Shown in pieces: positions 29,553 to 39,977 of a DNA stretch of 64,000 nucleotides (position 1 is the first letter of the stretch; the number at the start of each line of letters is the position of its first letter). This DNA is from an uncultured Nitrospinota bacterium. Its GTDB lineage: Bacteria; Tectomicrobia; Entotheonellia; J063; CAVPRW01. The position numbers were made by a program, and so were the translations under genes. The DNA lies in NCBI GenBank assembly GCA_963707985.1, contig CAVPRW010000010.1, positions 1 to 64,000 on the forward strand. Direction: 5' to 3'. Below the pieces are notes generated by a model. That model saw nothing but the letters and a program-made list of their open reading frames with translations, was not told the origin of the DNA and searched no databases.

Positions 29553-29864
29553 ATGCTCCCGTATATTGATATTCCGCCTATCCATTTCGGAGGTTTCATC
29601 ACCCTCCAGCCCTTCGGGCTGTTGGTCGTCACCGGATGCCTGGTGGGCTATGGGGTTGGCCGTTGGCACGCTGGTAGCTTGGGGTTGGACCAGCGGGTAT
29701 TCCGTAGTTTCACCTTGTGGGTTCTCGTGCCCGCCTTTTTCATGGCGCATTCATGCCAGACAACTCAACCACCGACCTCCATGCATGGCTCACTCGGAGG
29801 CGCCTACATCGACCTCAAGGAGGCAAACCCTGCGCTAGGCTTCCCGCCTACAAGCATGGTATGA
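29553..29864 (+). pseudogene. Truncated Lgt-like (prolipoprotein diacylglyceryl transferase) N-terminus
   Basis: MLPYIDIPPIHFG..ITLQPFGLLV..G.LVG, then loss of similarity. Confidence 0.55.
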
Positions 29865-29923
29865 TGCCGCACCAGCAACGGCGTGGCAATCACTGGCCAA
29901 CAAGCATAAGGGAGGCTTGAACG

Positions 29924-30299
29924 ATGGACATCACGCGGCGAAATTTTCCTGAAATCGGCCAACCCGGCGGCCCATTCTGCCATGCGGTGCGGGCCGGGAG
30001 CATGTTATATATTTCCGGCGCCACAGCCGGAGGCTCTGATGCCGCCAACGGGACGGCCGCCCAGCAGGCGGAGGCCATATTGAAGAAGTTGTCACATATT
30101 CTGCAGGCCGAAGGGGCGACCCTGGCCAACGTGGTCAAGGTCACCGTCTTCCTCGACCGACATGGGAGAGCGGGCCGAGATCGCCAAAGTGCGTGAGCAA
30201 TATTTCCAGGGCATTTATCCGGCCAGCACTCTGGTGCAGGTCGCGGCACTGGCAACCCCCAATTTGAAGCTTGAGATCGAGGCTGTCGCGGCGCTCTGA
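29924..30299 (+). pseudogene. RidA/YjgF family protein, frameshifted near 30158
   Basis: HAVRAG.MLYISG and L.NVVKVTVFL; YPASTLVQVAALA.P.LKLEIEAVA in the next frame. Confidence 0.85.
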
Positions 30300-30360
30300 G
30301 GCGGTATGTTCCTGCGGGGTGCTGGCAATGGGGCCGTAGCACCCCTCACGTCAGCCTCCT

Positions 30361-31695
30361 TCAACGCTTGGTTCCCACCGCGCTATGAAACGGGGTGGCA
30401 ATGAAAAATGTCCCCTCGGCCTCGCCCTGAGCGACGGCAGACCGCCACTCGGCAGCTTCTTCCGGGCTGAGGGTGGGGAGGATGCTGGCTTGCAACTGTT
30501 GCAACCGGTAGGCGTCGTCGAATGTGGCCAATTGTGGAAACATCTTGATCTGGCTCAAGCCCACCCGGTGCATGCGCTGGTAGAGGCTGGCTTCATCACA
30601 GCCTCGTGGGTGGCCCCCCTCATCGGCCCACCCCGGGGCTTCCACCTTGGCCTTGAGCTCGGCTGGCAGCGGCAGATTCACCCATCGTGGCATGTCATGA
30701 CCGTGCCCGACCACGGCCACACGCCCTCCAGACTTGGCCACCCGGACCATCTCGGGCAGCATCCGGTCGGCATCGACGCGTTGGATAACGGTGCTCGACA
30801 TCACCACGTCGAAGCTGTTGTCGGGGAACGGCAGTGCCTCAGCATTCCCTTCCTCAAACGTGATGAGCTGGTCCAGTCCTTCTTGCCTGGCAAGCGCCCT
30901 AGCCTGTCGCAGCATGAAGGGATTGATATCCATCCCCACGATGCGATTCGCCCCGCCGGTACGACGGGCCAACCAACGATCCAGCACCCCGCTGCCACAA
31001 CCCACCTCGAGGAGGACCTCCCCAGGTGCGAGCTGGGCCTCCTCGACGAGCCGACCGACCACCCCGAGATACCCTGCGGTATGGCCGCGTGACTCCAGAC
31101 TGCCGATCATTCCCAATGCCGGTCCGGTCAGAGTGATGGTGCAGTGCTCTTTCGTAAGCCGAGGCATGAGGGGCTCCCATTGGGAGGGGGCCACACTCAA
31201 GGGTAGCAGCACCAGGGGTGTCCCGGTCCCCTGCACCTCATAGGAGATGCCGTCGATCTCGCCCGTAGTCTCGGATAGGGCTACCGGTCGGGTCCGTTGC
31301 TGTTGGTCCATACGCGCCAGGAATTCGGTCATGGCGGCGCCGAGATCGGCTGTGCGCTCCACTGCCAGATCAGTATAGGGCGTCGGACTGACGTAATCGC
31401 CCAAGACATACAGGGCAGCCTCCGGCAGGTTCATCATCACCCGTCGTGCTCTCTCGGCTGGTCGGCCCCGTTCACCGGCAATTACCAGCAGCCGTGGGGC
31501 CAGGGGACTCAGAAGGTCAGGCTCCATACCCTGTGGACAGACCAGGGTCAAGGAGGCAACGGCCTCCGGATGCTTGGTGGCCAAACCTAGCCAGTCCCCA
31601 GGGATGCGGGCTGCAATGTGTGCGGGCGTGATGCCCAGGTGTTGCAGGACTTGCATGATACGCTCTTCGATTGGAAGTTCCAGTTCTGTCGCCAT
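30361..31695 (-). CDS. Class I SAM-dependent methyltransferase with an N-terminal alpha/beta-hydrolase-like region
   Basis: LEVGCGSG, GMDIN and EGNAEALPFPDNSFDVV. Confidence 0.8.
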   Translation of the reverse strand: MATELELPIEERIMQVLQHLGITPAHIAARIPGDWLGLATKHPEAVASLTLVCPQGMEPDLLSPLAPRLLVIAGERGRPAERARRVMMNLPEAALYVLGDYVSPTPYTDLAVERTADLGAAMTEFLARMDQQQRTRPVALSETTGEIDGISYEVQGTGTPLVLLPLSVAPSQWEPLMPRLTKEHCTITLTGPALGMIGSLESRGHTAGYLGVVGRLVEEAQLAPGEVLLEVGCGSGVLDRWLARRTGGANRIVGMDINPFMLRQARALARQEGLDQLITFEEGNAEALPFPDNSFDVVMSSTVIQRVDADRMLPEMVRVAKSGGRVAVVGHGHDMPRWVNLPLPAELKAKVEAPGWADEGGHPRGCDEASLYQRMHRVGLSQIKMFPQLATFDDAYRLQQLQASILPTLSPEEAAEWRSAVAQGEAEGTFFIATPFHSAVGTKR

Positions 31696-31924
31696 CCTTT
31701 CACCTCATTATTCAGGGACCGGACTCCGCCGGCGGCGCCCCATTGTATCAAACGCTACGATGTTCCAGGTACGCCTGCACTCTGTCGTGACTCTCGGCGT
31801 GAGCGGTGCGACGCCGGTGATATCTCAGATATTTCTGCATGGCGATCATATCTATCATGTTCCTCGTACCGAGACAATCATGGTGTCTGGACTGGGGACT
31901 CTCTGGGCCATTGAGCGTCCACGC

Positions 31925-31953
31925 TTGACAGTCCGGCGCCCTCTTGATACAAG
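31925..31953 (+). promoter_or_regulatory. Putative sigma70 promoter
   Basis: TTGACA-N17-TACAAG upstream of the LLM gene. Confidence 0.4.
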
Positions 31954-32038
31954 CAACCATGGTCGCTCGCAGCCCATGTGTCGAGGATAATAATTTACAC
32001 CCCTTTTGCCCTATAACCTAACAAGGAGAGGTGAACTC

Positions 32039-32995
32039 ATGGCCCAGAAGCTCATTGGGGTTGTGGTCTCAGCAGCCGATAGCCCTAGCGTTCTCGCGGG
32101 TATCGAGCACGCTGAACAACTGGGGGTTCCAGCGGCATGGTTGACGACCGGTGGGGTCGGGCTCGATGCGTTAACGCTGTACGCGGCCGCCGCGGTGCGG
32201 ACCAGCAGCATTCGTCTTGGGACATCGATTGTCCCAACCTTCCCGCGTCATCCGCTGGTGGTGGTTCAGCAAGTCCAGGTGTTGGCTCAGTTGGCTCCCG
32301 GTCGCTTCCGTCTCGGCCTGGGTCCCAGCCATCGACCTAACGTGGAAAGGATGTATGGGTTCGACTTCCGCGCCCCGCTCGGACATCTGCGCGAATATCT
32401 CCAGATCGTCAAGACCATCCTACACAGTGGCACGGTCGATTTTGATGGGCGCTATTATCATGCGCATGCGCAAATCCGCACACCCGTCGACGTGCCGGTG
32501 ATGGCCTCGGCATTGCAACGCAAGTCGTTCGAACTATGCGGAGAGGTAGCCGACGGCGCCATCAGTTGGGTATGTCCGGGAGTGTATTTACGCGATGTTG
32601 CCCTGCCGGCCATGCGTGCTGGTGCAGAGAAGGCCGGCCGGCCGGTTCCCCCATTGATGGCTCATGCCCCCATCTGCGTGAACGACAAGCCCGATGAGGT
32701 CCGCGAAGTGGTACAGCAGCAGTTGGCCAATTATGTGCGTTTACCCTTTTATGTGCAGATGTTGACAGCAGCCGGTTTTCCAGAGGCATCCCAAGGATCG
32801 TGGAGCGATAGGATGATCGAGACGGTCGTCATGTCCGGCGATGAGTCGCGTGTCGCCGAACGGCTCCATGAGCTGTTCAGCTTCGGCGCCACAGAGATTC
32901 TCGTGTCCCCGATAGCAGCTGGCAGCGACCGCCCGGCATCGTTGGAGCGTACGTTGCAGCTTGTGGCAGAGGTGGCAAAAGAGGTGGCCAAATAA
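32039..32995 (+). CDS. LLM class (possibly F420-dependent) oxidoreductase
   Basis: IRLGTSIVPTFPRHP, GRFRLGLGPSH and LCGEVADGAI. Confidence 0.88.
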   Translation: MAQKLIGVVVSAADSPSVLAGIEHAEQLGVPAAWLTTGGVGLDALTLYAAAAVRTSSIRLGTSIVPTFPRHPLVVVQQVQVLAQLAPGRFRLGLGPSHRPNVERMYGFDFRAPLGHLREYLQIVKTILHSGTVDFDGRYYHAHAQIRTPVDVPVMASALQRKSFELCGEVADGAISWVCPGVYLRDVALPAMRAGAEKAGRPVPPLMAHAPICVNDKPDEVREVVQQQLANYVRLPFYVQMLTAAGFPEASQGSWSDRMIETVVMSGDESRVAERLHELFSFGATEILVSPIAAGSDRPASLERTLQLVAEVAKEVAK

Positions 32996-32996
32996 A

Positions 32997-33464
32997 GGCT
33001 CTTGGGCACTTGTGGTGAGAGGTGAGGCCCGGTATTGAGTCCGTTCACGCGCGGCGGACCACGCCTCTCCGCCGCGGGCTGGCCGCCATCGCCGTCGCCC
33101 TGGGCGGGGCCGCGGGCGTCCAGCGCCGTCGTGGCCTGGGGGTGCCCGTCAGTCGTCGCCCCCTCTTGCCAGACCGCCCTCCGGCGATTTCGCGAGCTCC
33201 GTCAGCGGGGCGACGGCGGGAGCGCTGGTGTGGCGGCCGAGGTGCGCCGGGGCCGGCCCATAGGGACAGTGGCCGCCTCGCGGCCGGCGTCGAGAGGGGC
33301 ATGGAACGCCACCACGCCTCACAGCCTCGGGGCGCGTGGCAGGTCGATGCGGCTCGGTAGCGCGGGAGGCGATCGCCTGCTCGTGTCACAGGACCGTCGG
33401 CCTGCCGCGCGTGAACGGACTCAATACCGGGCTCTCGCCTCTTCACCACAAGTGCCCAAGAGCC
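32997..33464. mobile_element. MITE-like element with about 60-bp terminal inverted repeats
   Basis: ggctcttgggcacttgtggtga...ccggtattgagtccgttcacgcgcggc (32997-33055) mirrored at 33404-33464; very GC-rich core with no credible ORF. Confidence 0.7.
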
Positions 33465-33629
33465 CAGACAATTCTGCAGATGACACCTGGGGGGGCGCGG
33501 TGTGGTACAAGAATCTGCAACAGAACGGCCCTTATGCTACAGATTCTGGGAAGGCTATGTTCTCTGGCCCTGTCCGTGCTCTAGTAGTGCTAGAGTCAAT
33601 CGTGACCACTTCCACCCGAGGAGTTACAG

Positions 33630-33812
33630 ATGGCGCAGGTGATCCCCAAACCGCCCGTCAAAAAGCCTTGGCCCCTGATGACGCCCGCGGAGCGTCTGGC
33701 GATCTGGGAAGACGCCCGGCTGGCCTGGACCCATGACGCCGAGGAGGTGATCGCGCATATTGAGCGGGGCCGGGACGAAGCCCACCGCGAGTTGCCCCCA
33801 CGTGTGCCGTAG
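33630..33812 (+). CDS. Putative antitoxin upstream of a PIN toxin
   Basis: 60-aa ORF with SD GAGGAG, ending just before the PIN gene. Confidence 0.55.
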   Translation: MAQVIPKPPVKKPWPLMTPAERLAIWEDARLAWTHDAEEVIAHIERGRDEAHRELPPRVP

Positions 33813-33815
33813 CCC

Positions 33816-34186
33816 GTGTACACGCTCGACACCAACGTCATTATCTACTATTTCAACGGTGAAGCCCCTATTCTGGCCTTCTTGCGCGAACAGATAGAAC
33901 AGGGGCGCCCCTGTTCATCTCAGCGGTGACGGAGCATGAGCTGTACAGCTACCCGCACCTGACGCCAGTGGAGGTGGCCAGGATCGACGCGCTGCTCACC
34001 ACGCTCACCGTCATCGACGTCGACTCGCGCATCGCCCAACTGTCCGGCCAACTCCGCGCCAGCTACGGCATCAAAGCCCTGGATAGCTTTATCGCGGCCA
34101 CGGCGCTGATGACGGGCACGACGCTGGCCACCCGCAATGTCCGGGACTTTCGCCGCATTCCCAACCTTGATATCCGCGAATTGTAG
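33816..34186 (+). pseudogene. vapC: PIN/VapC toxin, frameshifted near 33905
   Basis: YTLDTNVIIY, then DSFIAATAL..G.TLATRNVRDF.RIP.L. Confidence 0.85.
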
Positions 34187-34276
34187 CGGTCCCTCAGCCT
34201 GTGCATGCCTATGAGGCTAACCCCAAAGTGTGTTACCAGGGCAATGAGCACGAGAGACCCCGTCGGATGAAACGGA

Positions 34277-34900
34277 AATGACCAATATCCTTTCACATCG
34301 CAGGGGAGGGTTACGTCATTGACGGATTTTCGTCCTGATATCCACACAAACCCGAGCTTCTATCGCGGTATTATTGAAGATCCAGATCCCATTGAATCCC
34401 TTAACATTATCCTCAATGAACTGGAGGCCTTTGGTTTTGACAAGCTCGTGCAAAACTTCTCGACCCAACGCGATCCCGAGAGGGCGTCAGATATCTTGTT
34501 TGAAATCTCGATTTGCCAACTGCTCCGCCGCAACCCCGATATTCAGGACCTCCAATACGAGCCGCCAGGCGATGCGCATCCGCCCGATTTTCGGTTTCAA
34601 TGACGCGGCGTCAGTTTCGACCTGCAAGTGAAACAGCTGCACAATACCAAGAACGAGATGATCAAACGCCTCTTCGAACGGGAATGCCGCAGGCACCTCT
34701 CTCGTCTTCCCAAGCCATGGTTCATCAATTTCTGGGTCGCTAACCACTTCACACGACAGCATCTGAACCCCTTCTTTGCCTACCTGAAGGGATCTCTGGG
34801 TCAATTTTCACCCACGACGACGTATGACAGCATGTTGGGTGAGCCGCAGTATCGTTGGGAACAGGACGGAAGAACGCTCGTACCATCAGGCTGGCCCTGA
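34277..34900 (+). pseudogene. Fragmented hypothetical gene (frameshift plus TGA at 34601) with a PD..D/E-x-K-like motif
   Basis: ORFs 34319-34603 and 34628-34900 in one frame: YEPP..PPDFRFQ*RGVSFDLQVK. Confidence 0.45.
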
Positions 34901-34959
34901 CATTGAAATCATCCGTATCTTACATGAGCGTATGGACATTGACTCCCGACTGTCAGAAT

Positions 34960-35065
34960 GAAACACGGCTGCAACAGGCCATTGATGAGGGGCTGGCCTC
35001 CGGCCTGAGTGACCGCTCCATGGACGAACTCATCGCCGAAGCTGAGCAGGAAGCGGCAGCGATGA
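34960..35065 (+). pseudogene. ParD-like antitoxin C-terminal fragment
   Basis: RLQQAIDEGLASG.SDRSMDELIAEA. Confidence 0.5.
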
Positions 35066-35085
35066 GCCGTCAACCGGAGGAGACT

Positions 35086-35625
35086 ATGAAAGACCTCATT
35101 CATGATCGCGTGCTGGACGCGTTTCGACAATTGGTGCAAGAAGACGGCGCCTTCTTCGACTGCCCGATCGAGGAACACGCGCCCTACGATGCCCGCAAGT
35201 TGCACGAGGTCTGTATCAATCACCGGCTGGCCAACCATCTTGCGGCCGCCATCGCTCCCGTGCTCAGGGTTAACGAACGCCTGTTTGTGGACATCGAATT
35301 CAACCGGGAGGGTGTGGACTTCAAACAGATCAGGATCAATGGCGAAGACCACACCGTCAGGCCCGATATCATCATCCATAACCGGAAGACAGGCCCTCAG
35401 AAGCTGAACATCCTTGCGGTGGAATGCAAGAAGCAGGACACATCCGCAAAAGAAATCGAGGAGGATAAGAAAAAGATCCGCGCCTTCATGGAGGATGAAA
35501 GATATCAGTACCAGTTCGGCCTTCAGGTGATCTATGGACAAGACGGGGTGCGCGGAGAATTGTTCTTCAAGGATGGCAAGCGTATGAACAGCATGAAACT
35601 GTCAGTGCCACCTGCAGCAGTTTGA
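35086..35625 (+). CDS. Hypothetical protein with a PD-(D/E)XK nuclease-like fold
   Basis: HEVCINHRLANHL, VDIEFNR, RPDIIIH.R and LAVECKK; SD GGAGGAG. Confidence 0.6.
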   Translation: MKDLIHDRVLDAFRQLVQEDGAFFDCPIEEHAPYDARKLHEVCINHRLANHLAAAIAPVLRVNERLFVDIEFNREGVDFKQIRINGEDHTVRPDIIIHNRKTGPQKLNILAVECKKQDTSAKEIEEDKKKIRAFMEDERYQYQFGLQVIYGQDGVRGELFFKDGKRMNSMKLSVPPAAV

Positions 35626-35937
35626 CCCTTGATAATTCCCTGAGTGATGACCATGGTCGGCATCCATAATAGGGTGGTCAAAATGCCTTTGGCGATAAAT
35701 GAAGGTGGCCTCGTCGGTGGGGGTCATGTGTGGCCACGGTTTTTCTGGCTTATGGTGGAGCATCGACAATCCCCCACTGCACCAGCTCCTTCTCGATGGC
35801 GCCGATATACCTCCAGCAGTTGCGACGGCGGATAATCTTCGCGCGATGCGCCAGAGCGTTGCGGTCCTCGACGATCTTGACGATGAGCGCATAATTCCGC
35901 CACGGGAGCGCGTGCTCACTGTTCTGCACCAGTGTGC

Positions 35938-36258
35938 CTAACGGTGTTCTGGGGTTGACGCCTCGTAGGTGTACCAGGACGTCGTTGAGCACGGCGCAGG
36001 CCTGGAGGAATGGGAGATCGTGGGCGGGGGGTTCAGGCGCCCGGTGCAAGTTTTCCCCGCCTCCGGCGTGATGGTGGTCTGCCACTGCTGCAGCGTCGGG
36101 CCCCAGGTCGACACCGCCCGCGTCCCGTCGTCACAGAGGGTCTGCAGGCGCTTCAAGGTCGGCTCGTGGTGGGTCTGACAACGCATGGCCGGGCCGGCCA
36201 GGGCGGGTATGGCCCACACCAAGGCCAGCACCAGGACGAGGATCAGGGTCTTATTCAT
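35938..36258 (-). CDS. Small secreted cysteine-containing hypothetical protein
   Basis: Signal peptide MNKTLILVLVLALVWAIPALA followed by RC.T..EPTL.RLQTLCDDGTRAVS.W. Confidence 0.5.
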   Translation of the reverse strand: MNKTLILVLVLALVWAIPALAGPAMRCQTHHEPTLKRLQTLCDDGTRAVSTWGPTLQQWQTTITPEAGKTCTGRLNPPPTISHSSRPAPCSTTSWYTYEASTPEHR

Positions 36259-36600
36259 ATGAGTCGCTGCTCCCTGGCCAGAAATACAGGACCATACGAA
36301 CACCGCCACCGCAAAAAGCGTGATGCAGACTTGGACAATCGTTTCGTGGACCCGTGCATTCATGGTCCTCTCTGACCTGCCTGGAAAGAAGAACGGATCG
36401 GTTTTGATGAAGATTGCCAGCACGAGGAAACAGACGATCGCCACTGCGAAGTAATGCACAAGCCAGCTGGCGAGGAATGAGAGGAGACCTGAAGCCCACG
36501 GGCGATGACCGTATTGCACGATATAACGCACGTAGCAGACCACCAGTCCGGTGGGAATGAGCAGGAGGTTCCGTCTTCCCTCCATCGACAGGCGGACCAT
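36259..36600 (-). CDS. Small membrane hypothetical protein, in frame with the downstream ORF
   Basis: Three hydrophobic segments; SD AGGAGG. Confidence 0.4.
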
Positions 36601-36621
36601 GGCTGTGGTGTTCCTCCTTAT

Positions 36622-36816
36622 TCACAACTTTCCGTCAGCACAGCGACCCGGGTTCGCCCCGCGGCGGTCTGCCCCGCGGAGGTTCGCCTGGAAGAAGTCT
36701 GCCCGGAAGAGATCCGCCCCGGAGAGGTCTGGCCTTATCTCTCGATGCGTCGCGCGCCATTGATTCCAAGCTGCCACCCCTTCCTGCAGCCGTGCGAGAT
36801 GTTCCTCGTTCGCCGT
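36622..36816 (-). pseudogene. Pentapeptide-repeat protein remnant (start codon ACG)
   Basis: Hand translation (T)ANEEHLARLQEGVAAWNQWRATHREIRPDLSGADLFRADFFQANLRGAD. Confidence 0.75.
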
Positions 36817-37184
36817 CGTTCAGCCCTCCGCGCCCCGTCGTATCTCGAACAGCCTATAGGGCTCTACTTGGTTGTGGACCTCGGGGCCAATCTGACTGTC
36901 TTCTCCGTTTGAAAGAACCCAAAAGGTGTTCGCTGGCGTGCACCATGCGGCTTCGGACCTCCGCTGATCCCTAGTTGGCGAGGGAAGCCCAGAATCACAG
37001 AAGACAATCGACGAAGGCGTGGTGCTCGGTGCACATGGCGATGCGCTGGAAGAATTCATCAAGCGCGGGCACCACCACGAAGAAGAGCAGCAAGAGCGCC
37101 ACGAGACTCAAGCCGATATATTTGAGTGTGACCAGCAGTGAATGCGCAGGCGTTGGGGTCATGGGGGGGCATCGCCTCGGTTCC

Positions 37185-37456
37185 TGGCGATATGTCTTCT
37201 CATCGCGGAGCAGGATCGCTGAAATCTCGACGACGTGCTGCTGATGGAAGAGAATAAAAATTAGGCGATACCGGCCGACGCGTTTGCGGTATCGCCCTTG
37301 CCATCGTCTCCCCTTCAGGGGTTGGACATCCCCTTGGAATGGGTCCTGCCGCATCCGGTCAATCGCTCTACCGATGGTGACCTGGTGGTCTCAGGGTAGT
37401 GCGCTCAACTGTCTCGTTGCCTCTGAGGACAATCGAATCATCCATGGGGTCGGCAT
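37185..37456 (-). pseudogene. RelE/ParE family toxin with an in-frame TGA at 37391
   Basis: MPTPWMIRLSSEATRQLSALP*DHQ..IDRMRQDPFQGDVQPLKG..YRKRVGRYRLIF..RDEKTY. Confidence 0.75.
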
Positions 37457-37460
37457 TGGA

Positions 37461-37760
37461 TTAGAGGTTGAGCTGCTCTTTTAGATCATCCCAGGCGACA
37501 TGCATACCCTTTTTCAGCTGGACCTCGCCCTTGCGTACCAGTTTTTCTTCTTCGGGCGTGAGCACATCATCAGCATCGACGAGCTTCTTGGGCTTGATGA
37601 TCACCTGGCCTTCGATGCTGCTAACCTCCACGAAATCGCCTTCCTGAAGCCCGAGCTCCTGGCAAATCTCTTTGGGAATGACCACCTGACGGCGCTGGCC
37701 AAGTTTGCTGATGGGCATCACCGCTCTCCGAATTGTTGGGGTCAGTGTTTTTGTAGACAT
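37461..37760 (-). CDS. AbrB/MazE/SpoVT family antitoxin
   Basis: SKLGQRRQVVIPKEICQELGLQEGDFVEV....GQVIIKP; upstream TTGACA-N16-TACTCT (37767-37794). Confidence 0.85.
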   Translation of the reverse strand: MSTKTLTPTIRRAVMPISKLGQRRQVVIPKEICQELGLQEGDFVEVSSIEGQVIIKPKKLVDADDVLTPEEEKLVRKGEVQLKKGMHVAWDDLKEQLNL

Positions 37761-37914
37761 GATGTCAGAGTATCAGATGAACAGAACCTGTCAAGCAGAT
37801 GGATTACTGCCGCTTCTTGATGTGGGCCTTGCCGGATTTGAGGGCCGCGGTGAGGGCTTTCTGGTCGCGTTTGGCGATGGCACGGGCCAGGGCGTCTTCT
37901 TCGGGGTAGGGTAG

Positions 37915-38030
37915 GAGCAGAGCGCACCCAAGACCGTCATATTTTTCCCTTTGTTGACAGGTTGTGCTGTATGAACTCTCTCACCTTGAGGCGATCGGGC
38001 ATACTGTCGTGCCAGAGCAATATGGACGCG
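37915..38030 (-). mobile_element. IS630 family transposase fragment
   Basis: LARQYARSPQGERV...PVNKGKNMTVLGAL. Confidence 0.6.
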
Positions 38031-38214
38031 TGTTCGGCATGCGCCAGTCCAAGGCCACGCCGTGGATTCATGTCTGATGGCCCGTGTGGCGTCAGACGCG
38101 GCGCGCCTTGGGGGATGTGCCCTCTCGGAGTGTGGAGGCCTTGAGCCAACACCTGGGGGTGGACGTACCACCCCTCCCCCTCGACGCATGACCCGCAGAA
38201 GAACTCCGAGCCGC

Positions 38215-38460
38215 CACACTCCCAGTCGCCCCCCTTGTTGTCATGACGGTACCGAGCGACCCATGCCACGCCCCCACGGCGCGACTGAACAGAACACATA
38301 CTATCGCGGTAAGAACAAGCGGCATATGCTCAAAAACATTTTGCCGATCAATGCCGCCCGGCGGATGCTGTTCCTGAGTGAAACGCCTCCCGGCCGTGTG
38401 CATGACCAGCGCATCGCCGACACGACGCCGTCTCCGCTGCCGGCGGGAAGCCAGTTCGGT
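38215..38460 (+). mobile_element. DDE transposase fragment (IS5/ISL2-like)
   Basis: HDGTERP..RP....Q..YY.GK.K.H.LKN.L......FLSET..GRVHD.RIAD. Confidence 0.65.
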
Positions 38461-38654
38461 GCAGGCGCTCGTACCAGTATTCACCGCCGAACACTGCATC
38501 GTCGGGCACAATTCGAAAATTGGCGGGGTATGATAGACTTGAACGACTGCTCAGCGATCGAGTGTGACCAAAATGGTTCCGCGACACCCCATGGTGAGTA
38601 TTGCGTGACGTGCCCCCACGAACCGATAACACTTCGTGAGGAGATCGACTCCGG

Positions 38655-38993
38655 GTGGACACGAAGAGCTTGGCGATCCTGGTGGTAGCCACGATGAGTG
38701 CCGTTGGCATCCTGGGTGATTACTTTCTGAAGCGGGCCAGCGAGGCACAACACCCCCTCGCCACACGTTCTTTCCTGATCGGCATTGTGCTGTACGCTTC
38801 GACTGCGGTGGCCTGGACCTTTGTGATGCGGCATCTCACCTTGGCAACCATTGGGGTCATTTACGCCATGTGTATGATTCTGTTCTTGGCCCTGATGGGT
38901 GTGGTGGTGTTCAATGAGCCACTGCATCGGTCTGAGATTGTAGGTATTGTCCTCGCCTTAGCCGCACTGGTCTTGCTGGCGCGCTTCGGATGA
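38655..38993 (+). CDS. SMR/DMT family small multidrug transporter
   Basis: Four hydrophobic helices; GVVVFNEPL...IVGIVL. Confidence 0.75.
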   Translation: MDTKSLAILVVATMSAVGILGDYFLKRASEAQHPLATRSFLIGIVLYASTAVAWTFVMRHLTLATIGVIYAMCMILFLALMGVVVFNEPLHRSEIVGIVLALAALVLLARFG

Positions 38994-39074
38994 GCGTTGG
39001 CCGTCCCCGGCCGTTGTCGTGGGCAGGGACCTGGGCGTGATCGACTCCAGGTCCTGAAGGCCCTGGGAGCCTGC

Positions 39075-39887
39075 ATGGCAGTCCAAGATGTCGTCGTCAA
39101 TGGGACCACGCTGTACTATGAAGTACACGGCACAGGCCCGTCGGTGCTGTGCATTGCTGGCACCACAGGGGATGCCGGCCACTTTACACAGGTTGCCACC
39201 CAACTTGCGGACGAGTTCACCATCGTGTCCTATGATCGCCGTGGGAACTCCCGTAGTTCGCGTCCTGAGGGTTGGAGCCAGACCTCCGTGCCCGAGCAGG
39301 CCAACGATGCCGCCGCACTCATCCAGGCCTTGCAGCTCGCTCCAGTGGCAGTGTTTGCCACCGATGCGGGGGGACGCATCGGGCTCGATCTCTTGATACG
39401 CTTCTCACACCTGCTATGCGGCGTCGTGCTGCATGAACCTGTCCTGCCCTCCGTGCTCCGCCATCCCGAGCACGTGATCGGCCCGGTGCAAGCAGCCATC
39501 CTCCAGGGCTTCCAGGCGAAAGGGCTGCCAGGGGGCGTTGAGGCGGTGCTGCGTTATGTGGCAGGCGATGCTGCGATGGCGGCTATCCCGTCGCAGACGC
39601 TGGAGCGGTTGCTCCAGAATGCCGAGACGGTCTTCGGCATTGAACGCAGCGAGGAGTTTGCCAACTGGTGTCCGACAGAGGCGGCTCTGGCGGCCGTGCA
39701 GGTGCCGGTGGCCGTGCTTATGGGCCGGGAGAGTGCGGAATTCTTCCGGGAGATGGTGAACTGGCTCGCACCGCGTCTCAACGCCGGAGTCACCACCGCT
39801 CCGGGCGGAGACGCCGCCTATTTTGATCATGCCCCCGAGTTGGCTGAGACCCTGCGTCCCATCCTGAGGCAATGGAGAGCCCGCTAA
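39075..39887 (+). CDS. Alpha/beta fold hydrolase (catalytic residues look altered)
   Basis: LYYEVHGTGP, YDRRGNSRS and LHEP; nucleophile motif reads ATDAGG. Confidence 0.75.
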   Translation: MAVQDVVVNGTTLYYEVHGTGPSVLCIAGTTGDAGHFTQVATQLADEFTIVSYDRRGNSRSSRPEGWSQTSVPEQANDAAALIQALQLAPVAVFATDAGGRIGLDLLIRFSHLLCGVVLHEPVLPSVLRHPEHVIGPVQAAILQGFQAKGLPGGVEAVLRYVAGDAAMAAIPSQTLERLLQNAETVFGIERSEEFANWCPTEAALAAVQVPVAVLMGRESAEFFREMVNWLAPRLNAGVTTAPGGDAAYFDHAPELAETLRPILRQWRAR

Positions 39888-39977
39888 TCGGCTGGAGCAG
39901 CCCCCACTCATAGGCCCAGTGGACTGCCCCTGCCGAGGTCGACTGCACAGTGTCAGCACGTCTCTCAGGGGCGTCGA

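Noticed and set aside
33035..33736. Long Arg/Ala/Gly-rich ORFs in the palindromic element
   Set aside because: Explained by extreme GC content; no recognisable motifs
34214..35965. GGCTAAC and GCCTAAC as attC R'' boxes in the second TA patch
   Set aside because: No palindromic L boxes or properly spaced R'
34601..37393. In-frame TGA codons as selenocysteine
   Set aside because: They are not at Cys-type catalytic positions and lie amid general decay
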